A DNA stretch of 64,000 nt from Clostridia bacterium (GTDB taxonomy: Bacteria; Bacillota; Clostridia; HGM11514): contig JAZNAU010000038.1 in the NCBI GenBank assembly GCA_045586685.1, positions 32,001 through 96,000 on the forward strand, read 5' to 3'. The position numbers and the translations under genes are program-made. This document shows positions 30,808 to 40,695 of this stretch, piece by piece (the first letter of the stretch is position 1; each line of letters begins with the position of its first letter). The notes beneath the pieces are model-generated. The model saw only the letters and a list, made by a program, of their open reading frames with translations, had not been told where the DNA came from and searched no databases.

Positions 30808-31962
30808 ATGAGATATTTAACCACAGGAGAATCTCACGGCAAGGGGCTGACTGCAGTCATCGATGGTCTTCCCTCTCAGATGCCTGTAAATCTTGAGGAA
30901 ATCAATCATTATATGGCATTACGGCAGACAGGCTACGGACGTGGAGACAGAATGAAGATTGAAACCGATCGAGTTGAATTTTTGTCGGGTGTCAGAGGCG
31001 GTTTTACCACCGGCGGACCTGTTACTATGTGGATTCAAAATAAGGATTACGAAAATTGGGAATGCTATACCAATCCGGTAGAAATAAAAGCGGGCCGTGA
31101 AGTCACCAAGCCACGCCCCGGTCATGCCGATTTGTACGGTGCGCTAAAGTATGGTCATTCGGATATCCGTAATGTGCTGGAACGTGCCAGTGCAAGAGAA
31201 ACAGCCGCACGGGTTGCTGTGGGTGCATTTTGTATGCAATTTTTAAAAGGCTTGGGCATTACTTCTTTTTCCCATGTAACCGCATTGGGAGGTATTTGTT
31301 CCAAAACGGAGTACACTTCTTATGATTTTGCAAATAAGGTTGAAAATTCCCCTGTCCGCTGCGGAGACAAAACCGCATCCAAAAAAATGATGGAAATGAT
31401 TGATAAAGCAAAAGAGGCTGGAGATTCTTTAGGGGGTGTAGTACAGATTGTCATTCGTAACCTTTGCCCCGGCATCGGCAGTTACGTACAATGGGACGAA
31501 AAATTAGATGCAAAGCTTTCTTATGCGTTAATGAGCATTCAGTCAGTAAAGGGAGTTTCCTTTGGTATGGGATTTGATGCAGCATCACTCCCCGGCTCTT
31601 TGGTGCATGATGAAATTTTCTATCATAAACAAGAAGGCTTTACCAAAGAAACCAATCGTGCCGGAGGAATTGAAGGGGGTATGAGCAACGGTCAGGATAT
31701 TGTCATTCAGGTTGCATTAAAGCCCATCCCCACTCTGTATCAGCCTTTAAAAACCGCTGACCTTCTAACAGGAGAACCCTTGACAGCCGCAGTGGAACGA
31801 AGCGACACCTGTGCTGTTCCGGCTGGTTCTATTGTTGCAGAATGTGTAGCTGCTTCTGCCTTGGCAGAAGTTCTTTGCACACAATTCGGTACAGGTTGTT
31901 TTGAAGATTTTAAAGACAGATATCAAAAATTTTCAATACGCACAAAAGGAATCATTGAATAA
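30808..31962 (+). CDS. aroC: Chorismate synthase
   Basis: GESHG, PRPGHAD, ERASARETA, GGIEGGMSNG and ERSD motifs. Confidence 0.96.
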   Translation: MRYLTTGESHGKGLTAVIDGLPSQMPVNLEEINHYMALRQTGYGRGDRMKIETDRVEFLSGVRGGFTTGGPVTMWIQNKDYENWECYTNPVEIKAGREVTKPRPGHADLYGALKYGHSDIRNVLERASARETAARVAVGAFCMQFLKGLGITSFSHVTALGGICSKTEYTSYDFANKVENSPVRCGDKTASKKMMEMIDKAKEAGDSLGGVVQIVIRNLCPGIGSYVQWDEKLDAKLSYALMSIQSVKGVSFGMGFDAASLPGSLVHDEIFYHKQEGFTKETNRAGGIEGGMSNGQDIVIQVALKPIPTLYQPLKTADLLTGEPLTAAVERSDTCAVPAGSIVAECVAASALAEVLCTQFGTGCFEDFKDRYQKFSIRTKGIIE

Positions 31963-32100
31963 AAAAGTGCGGCAGAAGAAAAAACTTCCGCCGCAAAGTG
32001 AAATAAAGGGGGTCTCAATATTTTGTGAGGTCCATAACATAAGATTCCCTTGTTTCGGATTTTTATTCTAATTTTAAAAACTTTTTTGGAGATGTTTTTC

Positions 32101-33450
32101 ATGAAATTTTTATTACTGCTTTTATGTGTATGGTTTACCAAAATTACCATTTTCTTTTGTAAACTGGTTGGCCATAACGGCACCAATCTGGCAGGGAAAG
32201 TTGTTGTTCGGGTATATCCTAAGATTCTAACCCACCTGTCCCGTCAGGTCAGAGAGAAAATCATTGTGGTATGCGGTACCAACGGAAAAACCACCACCAA
32301 TAATGTAATCGATAAGCTGTTAACTGACAAAGGAAACAAGGTGGTTTGCAATCGCTTGGGCGCTAATATGACAGAAGGCGCCATTGTAGCCTTCATCCGC
32401 GAAACAAATTTATTTGGAAAACTGGATGCGGATTTTGCCTGTCTGGAGGTTGACGAAGGATATGCCCAAAAGCTGTTTTGTTACTTTGAACCGGATTTTT
32501 TGATTATCAACAATCTGTTTCGCGACCAGTTGGATCGGTATGGAGAAATTGATTTGACCATTGGAATGTTGGACAATGCCATAAAAAAACTGTCCAAAAC
32601 CACTTTAGTATTAAATGCAGACGACCCTCTTTGCACCCAATTTGCAAAACGCCATTCCTTAAAAACGGTATATTACGGAATTGAACAAAATCTGAACATT
32701 GCCTTAGACGAAATTAGAGAAAGCCGTTTTTGTCCCATTTGCGGTGCAGAGCTTTCGTATGACTATTATCATTATAGTCAGTTGGGTCAATATCATTGTC
32801 CCCAATGTGATTTCCAACGTCCCCAAATCCATTACGGTGCTAACAAAATTTCCTTTAACAAAGGTTTGTCTTTTTGTGTAAACGAAAAACCCATTACCTT
32901 CAATTACAGAGGTTTGTATAACATTTATAACGTCCTTGCAGCGTATGCTGTCATTGACCAATGCGGATTGACAACGGATGATATTAACGATATTTTGTCC
33001 ACCTATCGTCCCCAAATCGGAAGAATGGAGGAATTTTCCTTCTCTCAAAAAAAGGTGATACTAAACATGGGAAAGAATCCTGCGGGCTTTAATCAGGGAA
33101 TTTCCACAGTTGCACTGGATACCTCCAAAAAGGACGTGATTCTTTCCATAAATGATTATATTCAGGACGGAACGGATGTTTCGTGGCTTTGGGATGTAGA
33201 TGTTGAAAAATTACAAGAAAATACTCGTCATATTACCACTTGCGGACTACGAAGATACGATTTACTGCTTCGTTTGAAATACGCAGATTTTTCCAGTATC
33301 TCTACCCAAGAATCTATGAAAAATGCAATTCGAGAGGCTCTGAATAGTGACAGTGAAATTGTGTATATTCTGGCAAATTATTCCGCAACCTTTACCACTC
33401 ATGCAATTTTAAAAGAAATGCTGAAGGAAGAAGGGGGTAAAAACACATGA
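32101..33450 (+). CDS. murT: Lipid II isoglutaminyl synthase subunit MurT (Mur ligase + DUF1727)
   Basis: GTNGKTTT, NLFRDQLDRYGE, Zn-finger CPIC/CPQC, KNPAG and DVSWLWD motifs. Confidence 0.93.
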   Translation: MKFLLLLLCVWFTKITIFFCKLVGHNGTNLAGKVVVRVYPKILTHLSRQVREKIIVVCGTNGKTTTNNVIDKLLTDKGNKVVCNRLGANMTEGAIVAFIRETNLFGKLDADFACLEVDEGYAQKLFCYFEPDFLIINNLFRDQLDRYGEIDLTIGMLDNAIKKLSKTTLVLNADDPLCTQFAKRHSLKTVYYGIEQNLNIALDEIRESRFCPICGAELSYDYYHYSQLGQYHCPQCDFQRPQIHYGANKISFNKGLSFCVNEKPITFNYRGLYNIYNVLAAYAVIDQCGLTTDDINDILSTYRPQIGRMEEFSFSQKKVILNMGKNPAGFNQGISTVALDTSKKDVILSINDYIQDGTDVSWLWDVDVEKLQENTRHITTCGLRRYDLLLRLKYADFSSISTQESMKNAIREALNSDSEIVYILANYSATFTTHAILKEMLKEEGGKNT

Positions 33451-34172
33451 ATTACAGTATTACAATCGGACATTTGTATCCTGATTTGTTGAATTTATAC
33501 GGTGACCGCGGCAATATTGCCGCACTGCAAAAACGGCTTATATGGCGAGGAATTTCAGCAGAAGTAAAAGAATTTGAGTTAAATGACGAAATTGACTTTT
33601 CGAAACTGGATTTGGTGTTTATAGGTGGCGGCAGTGACCGGGAACAACGTCTTGTTTGCAACAGACTGTCAGAACAAAAAGCTGCACTCCAAGAATACAT
33701 TGAATCAAATGGAGTTTTGATGGCAGTGTGTGGCGGATACCAGTTATTGGGAAACTATTATGAACTGGCAAACGAAACCATTGAAGGGCTAGGGCTTTTG
33801 GATTTTTATACCAAAAACAAACCTGAACGGTTAATGGGAAAAGTTGTAATTCAAAGCGGACTATTTGATGATTATATCGTTGGATTTGAAAATCACGGCG
33901 GAAGAACCTATACAAATCACCTTCCCTTAGGAATGGTAAAACACGGCAAAGGAAACAATGGTGAGGATCATATGGAGGGAGTGGTTTACAAAAATGTAAT
34001 TGGCACCTATCTTCATGGTCCTGTTCTGCCCGCCAACCCCAAGCTGACAGATTGGTTGCTGACCCAAAGTTTAAAACGAAAGTACGGTTCTGACACACCT
34101 GTACTGTCTCCCTTGGATGATAGTTATGAAGATGCAGCAAGAAACCATATTGTGCGAAAATTTGTAAAATAA
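33447..34172 (+). CDS. gatD: Glutamine amidotransferase subunit GatD (CobQ-like)
   Basis: LYGDRGN, GGGSDREQ, VCGGYQLLG, GFENHGG and YLHGP motifs. Confidence 0.93.
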   Translation: MNYSITIGHLYPDLLNLYGDRGNIAALQKRLIWRGISAEVKEFELNDEIDFSKLDLVFIGGGSDREQRLVCNRLSEQKAALQEYIESNGVLMAVCGGYQLLGNYYELANETIEGLGLLDFYTKNKPERLMGKVVIQSGLFDDYIVGFENHGGRTYTNHLPLGMVKHGKGNNGEDHMEGVVYKNVIGTYLHGPVLPANPKLTDWLLTQSLKRKYGSDTPVLSPLDDSYEDAARNHIVRKFVK

Positions 34173-34193
34173 AAAAGGGCAATGCCCTTTTTT
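34171..34193. terminator. Bidirectional terminator between gatD and htrA
   Basis: AAAAAAGGGCA/TGCCCTTTTTT. Confidence 0.65.
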
Positions 34194-35484
34194 ATTGTTC
34201 TTGAACCGGCTTATCCTCTCCTAATTCCACTTTCAAGGTAATGGTTTCCCCGTTTCTGTTTACTTCAAATTCCAATTCGTCCCCTACCTGATACTCATCT
34301 CGAATTTCATTGATTTCTTCAATAGAACGCACATCCTGACCGTTCACCTTTCGAATGACATCACCTGATTTGATTCCGCCCTTCTCAGCACCGGAGAATG
34401 GTGCCACTTCAACCACATAAACTCCTTGAGGAAAACCGTACATTTTTGACATCTGCTCCGTAATTTCACGTCCTGAAAAACCGATTAAAGGACGTCCCTG
34501 CACATAACCAAATTCCATTAAATCTTCAATGACAGTTTTGGCTTCATTGACCGGAATAGCAAACCCAAGACCCTCTATCTGACTGGAGGAAATCTTTGCA
34601 GAGTTGATTCCGATAACCTCTCCATAAGCGTTTACCAAGGCACCACCTGAATTACCGGGGTTGATGGCAGCGTCAGTCTGAATTAGATTCAGAGTAATCC
34701 CTTCATCTACCTCCATCGTTCTGTTCAGGGCGCTGATAACTCCTTTGGTAACCGTACCCGCAAATTCAGTTCCCAAGGGGTTCCCAATAGCAATCACAGA
34801 TTCTCCTGTTGCCAAATCGGAAGAATCCCCTAATACAGCATAAGGATATTCTCCGTTCTCCTGTATTTTCAAAAGAGCCAAATCAGTTCTGGAATCAGAA
34901 CCAATCAATTCTGCAGGATATTCTTCACCGGTAGAAAAAATAATCTTTAATTCTGTTGCCCCTTCTACTACATGATTGTTGGTAATAACATACCCTTCTT
35001 CATTCATGATAATACCTGAACCGCTTCCCTGCTCCACCGACTGAGAAAAGAAGGTAGTATTATTGCTGATCCCTACAACAGCAGGGCCTACCTTTGCTGC
35101 AATTTCTTCATCTGTCATTTTCACTCTCTGGTCGTTATCAATATTCACCTTTTCCGCATCATCTGTTTTTTCAACAGAATAAAAGCTGACAGCAGGTCCA
35201 CCGCCAATCCCTCGATTTCCGCCGCTTAATCCAAGAATCAGTCCGGCACCTAAAACGCTTCCTAATACCGCGCCGATTGCTACAAAGGCAACCGCACGAA
35301 AGCCACTCTCTTTTTTGGTATTTTTCACCTTTTCTCTATAAAAAGGCTGAGGGCGATAATTGTTATAAGAGGGTTGTGTATATTGTACAGGCGGTGTCAC
35401 AGGTTGTTCCCGAACTGTGTTTTCCGATTTATCCCTATCATTTTCTTGGTTCCCCCATTGATATTCTCTTTTATTTTCATCCAT
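34192..35484 (-). CDS. htrA: HtrA/DegP-family serine protease with TM anchor and PDZ domain
   Basis: TNNHVV, DLA and INPGNSGGAL catalytic triad motifs; C-terminal PDZ. Confidence 0.93.
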   Translation of the reverse strand: MDENKREYQWGNQENDRDKSENTVREQPVTPPVQYTQPSYNNYRPQPFYREKVKNTKKESGFRAVAFVAIGAVLGSVLGAGLILGLSGGNRGIGGGPAVSFYSVEKTDDAEKVNIDNDQRVKMTDEEIAAKVGPAVVGISNNTTFFSQSVEQGSGSGIIMNEEGYVITNNHVVEGATELKIIFSTGEEYPAELIGSDSRTDLALLKIQENGEYPYAVLGDSSDLATGESVIAIGNPLGTEFAGTVTKGVISALNRTMEVDEGITLNLIQTDAAINPGNSGGALVNAYGEVIGINSAKISSSQIEGLGFAIPVNEAKTVIEDLMEFGYVQGRPLIGFSGREITEQMSKMYGFPQGVYVVEVAPFSGAEKGGIKSGDVIRKVNGQDVRSIEEINEIRDEYQVGDELEFEVNRNGETITLKVELGEDKPVQEQ

Positions 35485-35569
35485 GGAAAATTCCTCCGTT
35501 TTCTTCTTTCTCGTCTATAGTATACGTCCAATTTTTTAAAACAATGTGAACAAATTGTAAATTTTGTTA

Positions 35570-36982
35570 TTATGATTGTCTGGGCAGACAAAATGTAAAT
35601 TGCGTTCCCTGTTCCGAATTACTGATCACACGAATAGATTGATCATGCCTTAAAAGAATGGATTTCACAATATGCAGTCCTAAACCCGTTCCGTTTTTAT
35701 TGATTCCTCTGGATTGGTCTGCTTTATAAAATCGGTCAAAAATATGACTTAACATATCAGGAGGAATGACCTCTCCCGTGTTTGTGATTTCAACTTTTAC
35801 CAGTGTCGATTTCTCTTTCAGACCAATAAAAATTTTACCTTTTTCTGGTGTAAATTTTACAGCATTATCCAATAAATTTGTGACAACACGCAAAATCCCG
35901 TCCCTATCGGCATGAACATTTTGTACCTCTCGGCAAAATTCCACCGAAACATCAATTTGTTTTTCTGTGATTCTCGATTCCATTCCAATCAGCACCAGCC
36001 GAATCAACTCGTTCAAATCAAAGATGCTTTTTTGCAATTCCTCTTTATTGCTCCGTTCCATGTAAAGCAAATCGTTTACCAGGCGGGTCATTCTCTTTAC
36101 CTCATCCAATACAATAGAAAGATATTGTTCTTTCTTGTTTTCAGGAATGGTGCCGTCCAGCAAGCCTGCCACAAAACCCCCTATGGTCGTAAGAGGAGAT
36201 CGAAGCTCGTGAGATACATTTGCCACAAAGGAACGTCTGTTTTGCTCCAACTCATCCAAGGATTTTGCCATATGATTAAAGGCAACGGAAAGTTCTCCCA
36301 TTTCGTCGTCACGAAAACCTGAAATCCGAACATCAAACTTCCCCTGTGCAAACTCTTCTGCCGCCAGCTTCATCTTTCGAATGGGCCTTGAAATTCTTTG
36401 GGAAACAAAGAAAGCAAAAGCAAAAGAAACGGCAAGGGAAATCAGCACAGATAGTAATAATATACGAAAAACATTCATCATTAGAAAATGAATCTGGGGC
36501 ATGGGTGAGGAAATAAACAGCACTCCCCCAATCTCTCCCCGAAGAACAAGGGGCAAAATAATATTCAGCCGTTTCTCCCGAAAGGTTCCGTCCAAATCGC
36601 CCCATTGCCGTACAGTTTTCCCTTCCAAAACCCTATCCATCACACCAACAGATAGCTTTGTCCCAACCTTGGGACTTTGATTCCCTTTTGCCGCAAGCAT
36701 AATCTGTCCTGAAATATCGGTAATAAAAATAGAACTGTTCAACTGATAAGAGTAAGAATTCAAGCTTCTTTGAAATAAATCATAAGCCTCCTCGCTGTCA
36801 TTCTCAAGCAAAAAAACAGTTAAATTTCTGATTTCCTGTGCATTTTGCATCAAGGACTTTTCCTCGCTCACCAGCACATATCGTCGCATCATAAGGGTAA
36901 GAGAGCTTCCCGTAATCAGAGAAAAAATCAAAATTACAAGCAAAGTACTCCAAAGTATTTTTGAAAAAATTCCTTTTGGCAT
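35570..36982 (-). CDS. Sensor histidine kinase (HAMP, HisKA, HATPase)
   Basis: Two TMs; SHELRSPL, NLLDNAVKF, IFDRFYK and GTGLGL motifs. Confidence 0.95.
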   Translation of the reverse strand: MPKGIFSKILWSTLLVILIFSLITGSSLTLMMRRYVLVSEEKSLMQNAQEIRNLTVFLLENDSEEAYDLFQRSLNSYSYQLNSSIFITDISGQIMLAAKGNQSPKVGTKLSVGVMDRVLEGKTVRQWGDLDGTFREKRLNIILPLVLRGEIGGVLFISSPMPQIHFLMMNVFRILLLSVLISLAVSFAFAFFVSQRISRPIRKMKLAAEEFAQGKFDVRISGFRDDEMGELSVAFNHMAKSLDELEQNRRSFVANVSHELRSPLTTIGGFVAGLLDGTIPENKKEQYLSIVLDEVKRMTRLVNDLLYMERSNKEELQKSIFDLNELIRLVLIGMESRITEKQIDVSVEFCREVQNVHADRDGILRVVTNLLDNAVKFTPEKGKIFIGLKEKSTLVKVEITNTGEVIPPDMLSHIFDRFYKADQSRGINKNGTGLGLHIVKSILLRHDQSIRVISNSEQGTQFTFCLPRQS

Positions 36983-37675
36983 TTACCGTCTCACCTCAAA
37001 TTTATAACCTACACCGTAAACAGTTTTTAACTGCCAATAAGAGGATTCTCCCAATTTTTCCCGAATCCGCTTGATGTGCACATCCACCGTACGGTCTGCA
37101 CCAAAATAATCGTATCCCCATACCTGATTCAAAAGTTGGTCTCGGGTAAATACCTGATTGGGGTGTGAACTTAAAAAGAAAAGAACTTCCAGCTCTTTTG
37201 GCGGTACCTCGAGACTTTTTCCGTTTACCTTTAGCTCGTAATTGGTCATATTCACAGAAAGTCCCGGATACACAACCTCCTGATGTTCTCCGCCGCCTCC
37301 GTGATCCCCGCTGCGACGTAATACAGCTTTGATTCTGGCGACTAACTCTTTGGTTTCAAAGGGCTTGACCATATAATCATCTGCACCGAGCTCAAGTCCC
37401 AACACCTTATCAAAGGTTTCTCCCTTTGCTGTTAACATAATCACAGGAATATCACTGATTTTACGAATTTCACGGCACACAGACAACCCATCCATTTTTG
37501 GCAGCATCAAATCAAGAATCACTAACGAGGGTGGCGCAGACTGAAAAAGTTTGATTGCCTGCTCTCCGTCGTATGCCTGAACAGTCTCGTACCCTTCCTT
37601 GTCCAGATACATCCGAATCAATTCGTTGATATTACGGTCGTCATCCACCACCAATATTTTAACGGATTCTTGCAT
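36983..37675 (-). CDS. OmpR-family response regulator
   Basis: VVDDD, LDLMLP, GADDY..KPF and RTVDVHIKRIR motifs. Confidence 0.95.
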   Translation of the reverse strand: MQESVKILVVDDDRNINELIRMYLDKEGYETVQAYDGEQAIKLFQSAPPSLVILDLMLPKMDGLSVCREIRKISDIPVIMLTAKGETFDKVLGLELGADDYMVKPFETKELVARIKAVLRRSGDHGGGGEHQEVVYPGLSVNMTNYELKVNGKSLEVPPKELEVLFFLSSHPNQVFTRDQLLNQVWGYDYFGADRTVDVHIKRIREKLGESSYWQLKTVYGVGYKFEVRR

Positions 37676-37916
37676 AAGTACCCCTCCCGAAGAAAAAATA
37701 CACTTTTATTTGTTATTTATTATATCATTTTCTTCTTTGCTTTGTCAATCTACATATCTTTTTCTTTCAAAACATTTTATTTGTTGCATAAAAAACGGGG
37801 GAGCTATCTCCCCCATTTTCAATAACACAACAACTCCGTCCCCTTGCCTCACATAACTCCCTTAATTTACTCATATACAGTTTTCATAATATCCGTTAGT
37901 TCATTCCCCAACATAC

Positions 37917-39002
37917 TCATTCAACTTCATTTCGATAATTTGCTGTTTTAAACAGCTCACGCAATACATCAGCATGTGCTTCACAATCAAGATAGTGCGC
38001 AAGCTTGGTATCACCCCTAGTTTCCTCACTTGATTCTTCACTTTGATTGACTGCTGGGATATATGTACCCTTAACTCTCTCGCAGAATTCATGCCATCCG
38101 GCTTTCCATGTGCCATCTTTTAGACTTTCATTTCGCATCGAAAAGTCTGACATTATTTTATCCTTAACCTCACCTTTTGCAAGCTCAATACCGAACTGGG
38201 TATTGACAGTAGGAATAAACTCGATTGCATTTGATTTGGTATCATACTTTACCATAAGTGACTGACACCATAAATCGGTTGTATTGTCTGTAATGAAGTG
38301 AAAATTACCTTGACCATAAAGGATGTGTGCATCTTTATAATTTTCATAACAGCCAATACAGTGTGTATGCTGACATAAAACTACATCAGCACCATTATGA
38401 ACCATTTCACGACATGCCTTTATAAGTCGAGGTGACGGATATTGACAATGCTCCTTTGCTCCATGATACAACACTATTACTCTGTCAGCTTCCGCTTTTG
38501 CTTTTCGTATATCCTCCATTGTTTCAAACGGGTCAAACGGACGGCTTCCCATACGTTTTTCAAGTGCATATGAATATTCATGTTCACAGACAGCCACAAA
38601 TGCAACCTTTTCTCCGTCCTTTTCTACAATATAATTTTTTCTTGAATCATTATAATTTTTACCAAAACCTGTATATGCGATTCCTACTTCATCAAGCACT
38701 TTCATTGTATCTAAAGCACCCTCTTTTCCAAAATCAAAAATGTGATTATTGGAAAGACCGCAAAGGGTTGTTCCTATACTTTTAAGCACTTCTGCTGCTT
38801 CTCGACACACCTTTAAATTTGGTCCAAATTTTTTTATGGCATTTTCCGATTCGGTAATCGCACACTCTACATTAACAAAAGTTGCATCATTACCCTCAAA
38901 CAAAGGCAGAGTATCGTTAAAAAGCAAATTCATATCTTTTGCTTTGATAACACTCATATTTTTTTCTTTCGCACAAAAATCACCAAGTAATAATGTTTTC
39001 AT
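37917..39002 (-). CDS. CapA/PGA_cap family metallophosphoesterase-fold protein
   Basis: GDF, NVEC, LSNNHIFDFG, HGAKE, QHTHC and YGQGNF motifs. Confidence 0.85.
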   Translation of the reverse strand: MKTLLLGDFCAKEKNMSVIKAKDMNLLFNDTLPLFEGNDATFVNVECAITESENAIKKFGPNLKVCREAAEVLKSIGTTLCGLSNNHIFDFGKEGALDTMKVLDEVGIAYTGFGKNYNDSRKNYIVEKDGEKVAFVAVCEHEYSYALEKRMGSRPFDPFETMEDIRKAKAEADRVIVLYHGAKEHCQYPSPRLIKACREMVHNGADVVLCQHTHCIGCYENYKDAHILYGQGNFHFITDNTTDLWCQSLMVKYDTKSNAIEFIPTVNTQFGIELAKGEVKDKIMSDFSMRNESLKDGTWKAGWHEFCERVKGTYIPAVNQSEESSEETRGDTKLAHYLDCEAHADVLRELFKTANYRNEVE

Positions 39003-39193
39003 TTTATCTCTCCTCCTCTAAATGAAGCTAGCCTTTAACAAAGTTACACGCCTATTTACTCTTGACAGTATTTTTCGTTTATTGTATCACATTTTCCTTT
39101 ATTTTGTCAAGCCTCATATCTTTTTCTTGCAAAATTTTTTATTTTGTTGTATAATAGAGTTAATACATATATTAAGTTAGGAATGAGACAAAT

Positions 39194-40294
39194 ATGAAAT
39201 TAGGTATCGTAGGACTTCCCAATGTAGGAAAAAGCACGTTGTTTAACGCAATCACAAAGGCAGGTGCAGAATCTGCAAACTATCCTTTTTGTACCATTGA
39301 ACCCAATGTAGGTGTTGTTGACGTGCCGGACGAACGATTAGGCGTTCTCGCAGAAATGTACAACCCCGAAAAGTTGACTCCTGCCATCGTTGAATTTGTT
39401 GACATTGCAGGATTGGTAAAAGGTGCAAGCCGTGGAGAGGGGTTGGGAAATAAATTTTTATCCCATATCCGTGAGGTAGATGCAATCGTTCATGTAGTAC
39501 GTTGCTTTGAGGATGCTAACATTGTGCACGTAGAAGGCTCCATTGACCCTCTGCGTGATATTGAAACCATTACACTGGAACTGGTTTTTGCGGATTTGGA
39601 AAGTGTGGACAAGCGGTTGGAGCGCAGTGCAAAGCTAATTAAAACAGGAAATAAAATGTACGTTGAACTGGTTGAAGTACTGAAAAAACTAAAGGCTGTT
39701 TTGGATGAAGGAAAGCCTGCTTCTTCTGCAGGTCTTTCAGAAGAAGAGGAAAAGCTGATTTCCGATATGCCTCTTCTTACACAGAAAAAGGTACTGTATG
39801 CCGCCAATGTATCTGATACAGATTTTGCACAAGGTATTGAACAGAACAAATATGTGAATATGGTAAAAGAATATGCAAAAGATCAAGGAGCAGAAGTGCT
39901 TCCTATCTGTGCAAGCATGGAATGTGAAATTGCTGAACTTGACAGTCAGGAAGAAAAACTGATGTTTTTACAGGATATGGGTCTGGAAGAATCCGGCCTT
40001 GACCGTTTGGTGAAAAAAGGATATTCTCTGTTAGGACTAATCAGTTATCTGACTGCCGGCCCTAAAGAGGTTCGTGCATGGACCATTCCCAACGGCACCA
40101 AAGCACCTCAGGCTGCAGGGAAAATCCATACAGACTTTGAAAAGGGCTTTATCCGTGCAGAAGTTGTAGCCTACGATGATTTAATCGCCTGCGGCAGCTA
40201 TAATGCCGCCAAAGAAAAGGGGCTGGTTCGTTCCGAAGGAAAAGAATATGTGTTCTGCGATGGAGATGTTGTGCTGTTTCGTTTTAATGTATAA
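39194..40294 (+). CDS. ychF: Ribosome-binding ATPase YchF
   Basis: GIVGLPNVGKSTLFN, ANYPFCTIEPN, DIAGLVKGAS and KGFIRAE motifs. Confidence 0.98.
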   Translation: MKLGIVGLPNVGKSTLFNAITKAGAESANYPFCTIEPNVGVVDVPDERLGVLAEMYNPEKLTPAIVEFVDIAGLVKGASRGEGLGNKFLSHIREVDAIVHVVRCFEDANIVHVEGSIDPLRDIETITLELVFADLESVDKRLERSAKLIKTGNKMYVELVEVLKKLKAVLDEGKPASSAGLSEEEEKLISDMPLLTQKKVLYAANVSDTDFAQGIEQNKYVNMVKEYAKDQGAEVLPICASMECEIAELDSQEEKLMFLQDMGLEESGLDRLVKKGYSLLGLISYLTAGPKEVRAWTIPNGTKAPQAAGKIHTDFEKGFIRAEVVAYDDLIACGSYNAAKEKGLVRSEGKEYVFCDGDVVLFRFNV

Positions 40295-40356
40295 TGCAAT
40301 ATTACTAATTTTTTCAAATCTTTATTGGTTATTTTTAATAAAATGAAAAAAATCTC

Positions 40357-40385
40357 TTTACAAATCTGAAAAAAACTGGTATAAT
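40357..40385 (+). promoter_or_regulatory. Sigma-A promoter of the small peptide gene
   Basis: TTTACA-17-TATAAT with extended TG. Confidence 0.75.
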
Positions 40386-40464
40386 AAAATGTGAAGTAAA
40401 ATAGATTACCGTTCATTCTGTCGCAAGACAAAAAACGGAATAATCTCATAAGGAGGGTTTCGGT

Positions 40465-40635
40465 ATGAAAACTTATACCAAACCGTCAATGACGATTGCA
40501 AAGTTTGGCTCTAAGGAGGACATTGCTACTGGCTCTGTTTACGGACTTCAAGCACAGTTCGTGGAAACAGAAAACAGTCCCGAATTCGGTACTATCTCTG
40601 TTTTCGAAATTACAAGCCTTGGTGCTAACAGCTAA
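40465..40635 (+). CDS. Unannotated 56-aa peptide MKTYTKPSMTIAKFGSKEDIATGSVYGLQAQFVETENSPEFGTISVFEITSLGANS
   Basis: AAGGAGG RBS 8 nt upstream; own promoter and terminator; codons typical of highly expressed genes; below the ORF-track cutoff. Confidence 0.8.
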   Translation: MKTYTKPSMTIAKFGSKEDIATGSVYGLQAQFVETENSPEFGTISVFEITSLGANS

Positions 40636-40659
40636 GAACAAACAAAACATGACGTCATT

Positions 40660-40693
40660 TAACAAAAGCAACCCATTTGGGTTGCTTTTGTTA
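40660..40693. terminator. Bidirectional terminator between the peptide gene and mutY
   Basis: TAACAAAAGCAACCC/GGGTTGCTTTTGTTA perfect 15-bp stem. Confidence 0.85.
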
Positions 40694-40695
40694 CG

